A stretch of 64,000 nucleotides of DNA from Chloroflexota bacterium (GTDB lineage Bacteria; Chloroflexota; Dehalococcoidia; Lucifugimonadales; UBA2985): positions 64,083 to 128,082 of the forward strand of contig JAPPHY010000003.1 of the NCBI GenBank assembly GCA_028877205.1, read 5' to 3'. A model generated the notes under the pieces. It was not told the origin of the DNA. It saw only the letters and a list, made by a program, of their open reading frames with translations, and made no database searches. How positions within the stretch are numbered: position 1 is the first letter of the stretch; each line of letters opens with the position of its first letter. A program made the position numbers and the translations under genes. Below are positions 19,127-26,098 of this stretch, in pieces.

Positions 19127-19864
19127 ATGGTGCAGCTGAAGGGCGACGACAAGGCTCGCTACGTGTCCTCGATGTTCGACGGCATCTCCGGACGCTACGA
19201 CCTGATGAACACGCTTATGACCGGGGGGATGCACCACCTGTGGCGGTGGAGGACGACGGCGGTGGCCGGACGCGCAGGCTCCGGGGAGGCACTGGACATC
19301 GCCACGGGCACGGGCGACATGGCGTGGGAGCTTGCGGATCGGCCGTCGGTGTCGCGGGTGGTTGGCCTGGACTTTGCGCCGCGTATGCTGGCCCGCGCAC
19401 GCGCCAAGACTCGCAGGCACGTGGGCGAGGCGCCGCGGGTGCACTGGGTTCGCGGCGACGCCCTCAACCTGCCCTTCTCGGACGGGCGGTTCCGCAGCAT
19501 CACCTGCGGTTTCGGCCTGCGCAACTTCTCGGACCTGGAGGCGGGCCTGCGGGAGATGGCGCGCGTGGCGGCCCCGGGCGGCCGCGTCATCATCCTGGAC
19601 ATCCTGCCGGTGACGGGCAGCGACGGGCTGAGCCGGCTGTTCCAGTGGTACTTCCGCAGGGCCGTGCCGTGGATGGGATCGCTCATAGGAGGCAGCAGGG
19701 AGGCGTACACCTACCTGCCGGACTCCGTGCAGCACTACGTGACAGCTGAAGAACTCGTAGAACTGATGGAAAGAGTCGGCCTGCGGGGCGTCGAGTTCAG
19801 GAAGATGGGGCTTGGCACGGTGGCGATCCACGCCGGCGAGAAGCCCGTCAGAGAGGCGGAGTAG
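19127..19864 (+). CDS. ubiE: demethylmenaquinone/ubiquinone C-methyltransferase (UbiE/MenG)
   Basis: VSSMFDGISGRYDLMNTLMTGGMHHLWR and ALDIATGTGD are diagnostic of UbiE/MenG. Confidence 0.9.
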   Translation: MVQLKGDDKARYVSSMFDGISGRYDLMNTLMTGGMHHLWRWRTTAVAGRAGSGEALDIATGTGDMAWELADRPSVSRVVGLDFAPRMLARARAKTRRHVGEAPRVHWVRGDALNLPFSDGRFRSITCGFGLRNFSDLEAGLREMARVAAPGGRVIILDILPVTGSDGLSRLFQWYFRRAVPWMGSLIGGSREAYTYLPDSVQHYVTAEELVELMERVGLRGVEFRKMGLGTVAIHAGEKPVREAE

Positions 19865-19866
19865 AC

Positions 19867-20535
19867 GTGAGCACCACCGAGCATCTTCGCGACAAGTACG
19901 GCTACCTGTGGGACCGGCTGTTCAACCACCCGTTCGTGGTGGGCGTCGGCAACGGCAGCCTGTCCACAGAGCGATTCCTCTTCTACATGAAGCAGGACTA
20001 CTTCTTCCTGGTGCAGTACGCACGGATGCTTGCGCTGGCGGCGGCCAAGGCACCTGACCTGGAGGGCGTGACCCGCTTCTCCGCGCTGCTGGGCGAGACG
20101 CTGAACACGGAGATGGAGCTGCACCGCTCGTACTGCCGCAGGTTGGGAGTCTCGGCGGAGGAGCTTGCCGCCGTGCGACCTGCGCCGGTCACGCTGGCGT
20201 ACACCGACTACCTGCTGCGCGTGGCCTACGAGGGCACGCTGACCGATGTCATCGCCAACCTGCTACCGTGCCAGTGGGGCTACTACGAGACGGGACTGCA
20301 CCTGGCCCGCACAGGCGACACCTCCGAGGCGAACCCGTACGCGGAGTGGATCACCATGTACTCGGATCCGGAGTTCGGCGCGTTCGTGGCGTGGCTGCGC
20401 GAGCTCCTGGACTCGCTGACAGCGAACGCGGACGAAGCGGAGGTGCGCAGGCTGGAGGACCACTTCCTCACCGCAACCCGCTACGAGTACCTCTTCTGGG
20501 AGATGTCGTATAACCTGCAGGACTGGCCCGTGTAG
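19867..20535 (+). CDS. tenA: TenA-family aminopyrimidine aminohydrolase (thiaminase II)
   Basis: GTG start 3 nt after the ubiE stop. HPFVVGVGNGSLSTERFLFYMKQDYFFL and the C-terminal YEYLFWEM are TenA-type. Confidence 0.8.
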   Translation: MSTTEHLRDKYGYLWDRLFNHPFVVGVGNGSLSTERFLFYMKQDYFFLVQYARMLALAAAKAPDLEGVTRFSALLGETLNTEMELHRSYCRRLGVSAEELAAVRPAPVTLAYTDYLLRVAYEGTLTDVIANLLPCQWGYYETGLHLARTGDTSEANPYAEWITMYSDPEFGAFVAWLRELLDSLTANADEAEVRRLEDHFLTATRYEYLFWEMSYNLQDWPV

Positions 20536-20556
20536 GAGGGGGAGGGGCGGCCACAT

Positions 20557-20621
20557 CTTCCGTTTATCCCCGCATCAAGTGCAGGGCAGGCTCTGAGCTT
20601 GTCGAGGGACATGAACGGAAG
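20557..20621. repeat. intergenic hairpin repeat, copy C
   Basis: CTTCCGTT...AACGGAAG arms enclose GCAGGGCAGGCTCTGAGCTTGTCGAGGG. That core resembles the cores of the copies at 24368 and 33839. Confidence 0.5.
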
Positions 20622-20711
20622 ACGGGGCGAGCAGCGGCGCGTGCCTGCGCTCGCGTTGACACCCCATAGGCCATCTGATAGGCTTCAACTACTGCCATCT
20701 TCTAGCGCAAA

Positions 20712-21659
20712 ATGATACTTGTCACCGGCGCCACGGGTTTCGTGGGAAGGAACGTGGTCAGGGCGCTGCGAACCCGCGGCAGAGACGTGCGCTGCCTCGT
20801 TCGCAGCCCCGGTCGGGCGCGCCGGATTGTCGACTACGGCGTCGAGCTTGCCTACGGCGACGTGACCGATCCTCCTAGCGTGGCGCGGGCGATGGACGGC
20901 GTCGATGCCGTGGTGCACCTGGTGGCCGTCATCCGCGAGCGGGGCCGCCGCACTTTCGACCTAGTGAACCGCCAGGCTACGGAGACTGTGGCCTACGAAG
21001 CCAGATTGGCGGGCGTGAGGCACATGGTTCACGTCAGCGCCATCGGCGCGCAGGAGGACCCGGCGTATCCTTACCTGAACTCCAAGTGGCAGGGTGAGCA
21101 GGCCGTTCTGAGGAGCGGAGTAGTCTACACCATCATTAGGCCCTCGCTCCTGTTCGGTGAAGGAGACGAGTTTGTCAACACGCTAGCGGGAATGGTGAGG
21201 GCCTTCCCCATCGTGCCCGTTGCGGGGACAGGCAAGACGGTGTTGCAGCCGATATCCGTAGAGGAGGTGGGAGCCATCGTGGCGGAAGTGGCCGGCGACC
21301 CTCGCTTTGGCGGCAGGACGATAGAGATAGGCGGCCCGCAGCGCCTGACCTACGACGAGATCGTCGACGTGGTCAAGAGGACGCTGGGCGTTCGGCGACT
21401 CAAGGTGCACATTCCGCTGTCGCTGATGTTCGCAGCCGTACGGGTCATGGAGGCGGTGATCCCCAACCCACCGGCAACCACGAACCAGCTGCGAATGCTC
21501 GCGCTGGACAACGTAACGGACGAGCCGCCGGTCGAGAGCGTGTTCAGGATCAAGCCCCGCACGCTGGAGGGTAACGTGGGGTACATTCGAACTATGTCAT
21601 ACCTGGAGGCCCTGAGAGTTGCGCTTGGATTCATGCCGGGCCGCATAAGGGGCGGGTAG
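20712..21659 (+). CDS. NAD(P)H-binding SDR-family protein (NmrA/NDUFA9-like)
   Basis: MILVTGATGFVGRNVVRAL Rossmann motif. 315 aa. Confidence 0.8.
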   Translation: MILVTGATGFVGRNVVRALRTRGRDVRCLVRSPGRARRIVDYGVELAYGDVTDPPSVARAMDGVDAVVHLVAVIRERGRRTFDLVNRQATETVAYEARLAGVRHMVHVSAIGAQEDPAYPYLNSKWQGEQAVLRSGVVYTIIRPSLLFGEGDEFVNTLAGMVRAFPIVPVAGTGKTVLQPISVEEVGAIVAEVAGDPRFGGRTIEIGGPQRLTYDEIVDVVKRTLGVRRLKVHIPLSLMFAAVRVMEAVIPNPPATTNQLRMLALDNVTDEPPVESVFRIKPRTLEGNVGYIRTMSYLEALRVALGFMPGRIRGG

Positions 21660-21669
21660 GGAGAGTCGA

Positions 21670-23046
21670 TTGAGGTACGCTGAGGCCATAGAGCGCATCA
21701 TGGGCATGGTGGACTACGAGCGTCCCGCCACCATCCCGGGCGGCCGCGCCCGCTACGACCTGGAGCGTATCGGCGCGCTGCTGGAGAGGCTGAGCAGCCC
21801 GCACCTGGGCGTGCCCACCGTGCATGTCGCGGGGACCAAGGGAAAAGGGAGCACAACCGCAATGGTCGCGTCGATATTGGATGCGGCCGGGTTCTCGACT
21901 GGGCTGTTCACCTCGCCGCACCTGCACACGTTTCGCGAACGGATACGCGTCGGCGGCCGGCCCATCCCGGAGGACGAGTTCGCCGGACTGGTTGAGACTC
22001 TGTGGCCTGCCGTGGAGGAGATGCGGCGGGCCGGCCACGGCCGCGTGACCGTGTTCGAACTGCTCACGGCGATGGCATTCCGCTGCTTCCGCGAGCGCGG
22101 CGTCGATGCGCAGGTCATCGAGGTGGGCCTGGGCGGCAGGCTGGACTCGACGAACGTGGTCCAGCCGATGGCGTGCGGCATCACCGCGCTCGGGCTGGAC
22201 CACACGGAGGTGCTTGGCGATACGCTGGCGGAGATCGCGATGGAGAAGGCCGGCATCATCAAGAGTGGCGTGCCCGTAGTGTGCTCGCCTCAGAGACCGG
22301 AGGCCCTGGAAGTGGTGCGCAAGGCCTGCGAGGCCCAGGAGTGCAGCCTGATCATGGCCGGCGAGGATGTACGCTGGTCGCCGGAGAGTGCCACGTTGGA
22401 CGGGCAGGTATTCACCTTGGAGACGCCGAGGCGCACGTATCGCCTTGCGATTCCGCTGCTCGGTGAACACCAGATGGAGAACGCGGCGGTCGCCGTCGGG
22501 CTGGTCGAGGCGCTCGCGGAGGGCGGCATCGACGTGGGCCGAGAGGCGATCGAGGAGGGGCTACGGCGCGTGGAGTGGTCCTGCCGCCTGGAGGTGCTGC
22601 GCCGCGAGCCGCTGGTCATTGCGGACGGCGCCCACAACCCACACTCGGCAGCGCGCTTGGCGGAGGCCATGCGGTCGCTGGTGCCCGGGCGGCGGCTGAC
22701 GCTGGTGGTCGGCGTTTCGCGCAACAAGGACGTGGACGGGGTGGCCTACGAACTCAGCAGGCTCTCGCCCGCGGAGGTGTTGGCCACGCGCTCCCGCCAT
22801 CCGAGGTCGGCGGAGCCTGCACTGCTGGCGCGGGAGTTTGAGCGATACGGTGCGCTATCCCGCACGGCCGCCTCTGTGGCCGACGCTGTGGACGAGGCTG
22901 TAGCGTTGGCGTCGGAGGGTGACGTTATACTGGTAACAGGCTCGCTGTTCGTGGCCGCGGAGGCCAGGGAGCACGCGTTGGGCATCGAGCCGGAGTTGTA
23001 CCCTGTATTCGATACGCTTGCGGCGCCTGCGCCGCGCGGGATGTAA
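21670..23046 (+). CDS. folC: bifunctional folylpolyglutamate synthase/dihydrofolate synthase
   Basis: HVAGTKGKGST P-loop, GLFTSPHL, EVGLGGRLDSTN and DGAHNPHSA are present. Confidence 0.85.
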   Translation: MRYAEAIERIMGMVDYERPATIPGGRARYDLERIGALLERLSSPHLGVPTVHVAGTKGKGSTTAMVASILDAAGFSTGLFTSPHLHTFRERIRVGGRPIPEDEFAGLVETLWPAVEEMRRAGHGRVTVFELLTAMAFRCFRERGVDAQVIEVGLGGRLDSTNVVQPMACGITALGLDHTEVLGDTLAEIAMEKAGIIKSGVPVVCSPQRPEALEVVRKACEAQECSLIMAGEDVRWSPESATLDGQVFTLETPRRTYRLAIPLLGEHQMENAAVAVGLVEALAEGGIDVGREAIEEGLRRVEWSCRLEVLRREPLVIADGAHNPHSAARLAEAMRSLVPGRRLTLVVGVSRNKDVDGVAYELSRLSPAEVLATRSRHPRSAEPALLAREFERYGALSRTAASVADAVDEAVALASEGDVILVTGSLFVAAEAREHALGIEPELYPVFDTLAAPAPRGM

Positions 23047-23087
23047 ACGAGCGCGGCGAGCGCCAACATTCAGACGAGAGGTTTGCT

Positions 23088-24338
23088 ATGAACACGGACA
23101 GAGTGAGAGTTGTGGTAACGGGCATGGGCGCAGTCACGCCATTGGGGTCGTCGGTGGAGCAGTTTTGGGACGGGCTGGTTGCAGGCCGTTCGGGCATCGG
23201 CCCCATCACGCTGTGCGACACCACGAACTATCCCACGCGCATAGCCGGTGAGATCCCGGACTTCGAGCCGGACAAGTACATCAACTCGCGCGAGTCCCGC
23301 AGGATGGCGCGCTTCAGCCAAGTGTCCCTTGCCGCGGCGTACATGGCGATGGAGGACGCATCGCTGGATCTGGAGCGCGAGGACTCGGAGAGGATAGGCG
23401 TGCTGCTGGGCAACGGCGCCGGCGGCCTCTCGACGACGCAGGACGCGTGCGAGGCCATGAACGAGAAGGGGGCCATGCGCATCAACCCGTTTTTCATACC
23501 CATGATGCTGCCCAACATGGCGGCGGCCAACGTGGCCAGACTGGTCGGGGCCAAGGGGTACAACTCCACGGTGGTCACGGCCTGCGCGGCCTCCAACCAG
23601 GCCATCGGCGAGGCGGCCGAGGCCATTCGACGGGGCGCCGTGGACGTGGTGCTGGCCGGCGGCTCCGAGGCGAGCATCAGCGAGATTGGCCTGTCCGGCT
23701 TCTGCATCCTCAAGGCGCTGAGCACGCACAACGACGAGCCGGAGAGGGCGAGTCGCCCGTTCGACGCCAACCGCGACGGCTTCGTGCCGGCCGAGGGCGC
23801 GGCCATCCTGGTGCTGGAGAGCCTGGAGCATGCCCTGGAGCGCGGCGCTCCCATCCTTGCGGAGGTGGCCGGCTACGGCGCATCGAGCGATGCCTTTCAC
23901 GCCGTGCAGCCGGACGAGAACGGCGAGGGCGCCTGCCGGGCTATGCGGTGGGCCCTGGAGAACGCGGGGATAACTACCGCGGAGGTCGACTACATCAACG
24001 CGCACGGCACGTCGACGCCGCTGAACGACGCGGTGGAGACAATGGCCATCAAGAGCCTGTTCGGCGAGCGGGCCTACGCGGTGCCGATCAGTTCCACGAA
24101 GTCGATGATCGGGCACGCGCTGGGCGGCGCGGGCGCGCTGGAGGCTGTGGCGTGCGTGAAGACTATCCTGGACGGGATCATTCACCCGACGGTGAACCAG
24201 GAGACGCCGGACCCGGCCTGCGACCTGGACTACGTGCCCAACGAGGCGCGACGGCAACCTGTGAACGTGGTGCTCTCGAACAGCTTTGGCTTCGGGGGCC
24301 AGAACACCTGCATAGTGCTACGCCGGTTCGCAGGGTAG
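23088..24338 (+). CDS. fabF: beta-ketoacyl-ACP synthase II
   Basis: RVVVTGMGAVTPLG, active-site TACAAS, INAHGTSTP, and NSFGFGGQNTCIV. Confidence 0.95.
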   Translation: MNTDRVRVVVTGMGAVTPLGSSVEQFWDGLVAGRSGIGPITLCDTTNYPTRIAGEIPDFEPDKYINSRESRRMARFSQVSLAAAYMAMEDASLDLEREDSERIGVLLGNGAGGLSTTQDACEAMNEKGAMRINPFFIPMMLPNMAAANVARLVGAKGYNSTVVTACAASNQAIGEAAEAIRRGAVDVVLAGGSEASISEIGLSGFCILKALSTHNDEPERASRPFDANRDGFVPAEGAAILVLESLEHALERGAPILAEVAGYGASSDAFHAVQPDENGEGACRAMRWALENAGITTAEVDYINAHGTSTPLNDAVETMAIKSLFGERAYAVPISSTKSMIGHALGGAGALEAVACVKTILDGIIHPTVNQETPDPACDLDYVPNEARRQPVNVVLSNSFGFGGQNTCIVLRRFAG

Positions 24339-24367
24339 GGGAATTTCCCGCTCATTCGGTTTGACAA

Positions 24368-24456
24368 GCTCACCCCGGATCAGGTACGGGGCAGGCTTGA
24401 GCCGGGAAACTGGTGGCCCGCTCACCCTGAGCCGAGTCTAAGGGCGCGAGCGGGAA
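24368..24456. repeat. intergenic hairpin repeat, copy A
   Basis: GCTCACCCCGGATCAGGTACGGGGCAGGC...CCGCTCACCCTGAGCCGAGTCTAAGGGCGCGAGCGGGAAGC. It is nearly collinear with the copy at 33839..33934. Confidence 0.6.
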
Positions 24457-24510
24457 GCGGGGATCTACGCCGTCTCAGACGCCTAGCAACGCCGCCAACC
24501 GCTGTACGCC

Positions 24511-24933
24511 TCATTCAGCTCGGGTTGGGTCCGACTGCGTTGCCCCTGAGGCTCCGCCGAAAACGGCCGCCAGAGCGCCATCGAAGGTCATGATCTGCCG
24601 GATGCCGCGCCGGCGGCAGCTTGCCAGGTGGCAGAGATCGCGGGACTGCAGGTCAGGGTACCGGTCATGGAGCTGCCTGGCCAGGGTCACGTCTGCAGCC
24701 TCCAGTGGCCACACCTCGACCACGGCGCTTGCAATGAGCATCATTGCTGCATCGAACACCAACAGCCGTCCTGCGGGCAGGTACAAGTGTGCCAACTCCT
24801 GCAGTACCTCCGCCGAGGTACATAACGGCGTTCCGCTCTCGTTGGCCTCGACGAAGAAGTCCTGGGCCGACTGCTGAAGAGGGTGGAACTGTCCGACCGC
24901 GTACATGAATACGTTGGTATCGACGAATATCAT
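24511..24933 (-). CDS. vapC: PIN-domain toxin (VapC-like)
   Basis: ATG at 24933 gives MIFVDTNVFMYAV...SAEVLQE...RDLCHLA, with PIN acidic residues. It overlaps the upstream antitoxin stop by 4 nt (ATGA). Confidence 0.8.
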   Translation of the reverse strand: MIFVDTNVFMYAVGQFHPLQQSAQDFFVEANESGTPLCTSAEVLQELAHLYLPAGRLLVFDAAMMLIASAVVEVWPLEAADVTLARQLHDRYPDLQSRDLCHLASCRRRGIRQIMTFDGALAAVFGGASGATQSDPTRAE

Positions 24934-25205
24934 GTGCCGGAAGATCCCATAGCCCTCGCCTTGTTGATTGCTCGCAGGTGCTCGCTCCAGCCCGGCTCCG
25001 TCCCGGGGCCCTCTAGCTGGTCGCACCATCGAAAAAATGACCTGACATCCTCTGGCGACTCGAAGAGCCTGACGCTGCGACTGGCCTCCAGGCGCTCGCG
25101 CGCAGCCACACGCAGCCATTCACTAAGGGACATGCCTTCGCGCCTTGCTTGGTCAACATAGCGCTCCCGGTCGTCGTCCGGCATCACAAGCTGCACTCGG
25201 GCCAT
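24930..25205 (-). CDS. vapB: ribbon-helix-helix (CopG/VapB-like) antitoxin
   Basis: MARVQLVMPDDDRERYVDQARREGMSLSEWLRVAARERLE is the RHH beta-strand plus two helices. It is translationally coupled to the PIN gene. Confidence 0.75.
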   Translation of the reverse strand: MARVQLVMPDDDRERYVDQARREGMSLSEWLRVAARERLEASRSVRLFESPEDVRSFFRWCDQLEGPGTEPGWSEHLRAINKARAMGSSGT

Positions 25206-25233
25206 GGTGTCCTTTCGCCTGCTCTTCAGGTGT

Positions 25234-25252
25234 TGTGTAACAATTTTACACA
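25234..25252. promoter_or_regulatory. perfect inverted repeat; candidate operator of the RHH antitoxin
   Basis: TGTGTAA-CAATT-TTACACA lies 29 nt upstream of the vapB start. A further GTTACAC sits at 25275..25281. Confidence 0.5.
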
Positions 25253-25440
25253 TCGTTCGCGCGAGAAGTCAAACGTTACACGCCTCGGCATCACTCCACC
25301 TGAGCGAGGAGTGCTTGTGCGAGCTTCTCTCCTGGTCGGCCCCACACGCGCTTGATGCCGAACCTCTGCCGCTGCACCGATTGAATGCTGTGCAGCGGCG
25401 GTTGGCCGCAAAGGGCATGCTAGGAACCGAATGTTGGGTA

Positions 25441-25469
25441 TTGACAAAGTAACACGCTATTGATATGTT
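25441..25469 (+). promoter_or_regulatory. candidate promoter of the fur-family gene with an overlapping GATA-N3-TATC palindrome
   Basis: TTGACA (25441..25446), 17 nt, TATGTT (25464..25469) in an AT-rich island. GATATGTTATC overlaps the -10, and GATAGAAAGTATC lies further downstream. Confidence 0.4.
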
Positions 25470-25531
25470 ATCCTGCTTTCTGAAATGTCGAAGCCACTTT
25501 ATGGTGAATAGAGACGATAGAAAGTATCAAT

Positions 25532-25966
25532 ATGGATGTTGAGAAGGTGCCCACAAGTCTGATGGCGTCACTGCAGTCCCTGGGCTATAAGGCCACTGCT
25601 CCCAGAAAGGCGATAGCCGATCTCCTGGAGCAGAAGCATCAGGGCTTCACCGCCGAGGCGCTCAGTGAAGAGCTGCCTTCGGTAAGCAGGGCGACGGTAT
25701 ATCGAAACATCAAACTCTTTATTGAGGCAGGGGTGGTCTGCAGGCTCACCCTGATGGATGGTTCCCACGTGTACAGCGTCTCCCGGACTGATCATCACCA
25801 CCATCACTACGTATGCATGGACTGCGGCAAAGTGGAGGAGTTCAGGGCAAGTGCGGTCGAGCAGTTCGTGAGGTCCATCGCCGCCGAACTTCCGGGGCAG
25901 GTCGTGGACCACCGAATCGAGCTGTACGTGGCCTGTGATCGCTGTCCGGCCGAGCAGGCGGGGTAA
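25532..25966 (+). CDS. zur: Fur-family metalloregulator, probably Zur
   Basis: Winged-helix N-terminus, HHHHHYVCMDCGKVEEF and C-terminal CDRC (structural Zn site). It sits directly upstream of a ZnuA-type gene. Confidence 0.8.
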   Translation: MDVEKVPTSLMASLQSLGYKATAPRKAIADLLEQKHQGFTAEALSEELPSVSRATVYRNIKLFIEAGVVCRLTLMDGSHVYSVSRTDHHHHHYVCMDCGKVEEFRASAVEQFVRSIAAELPGQVVDHRIELYVACDRCPAEQAG

Positions 25967-26098
25967 CGCGCTTGGTTCCCACCGACCGAGATTCACCGAA
26001 ACGGGTTACTACATGAGACAACCTTGCAAAAGTGCCGCGTGCAAGATCAGGAAACAGCAAACTGGAATAGCTACACCTGAGCAGAAGGAGAACTATCG

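Noticed and set aside
23070-24257. 395-aa ORF antisense to fabF
   Set aside because: This is a shadow ORF. fabF on the + strand has every catalytic motif.
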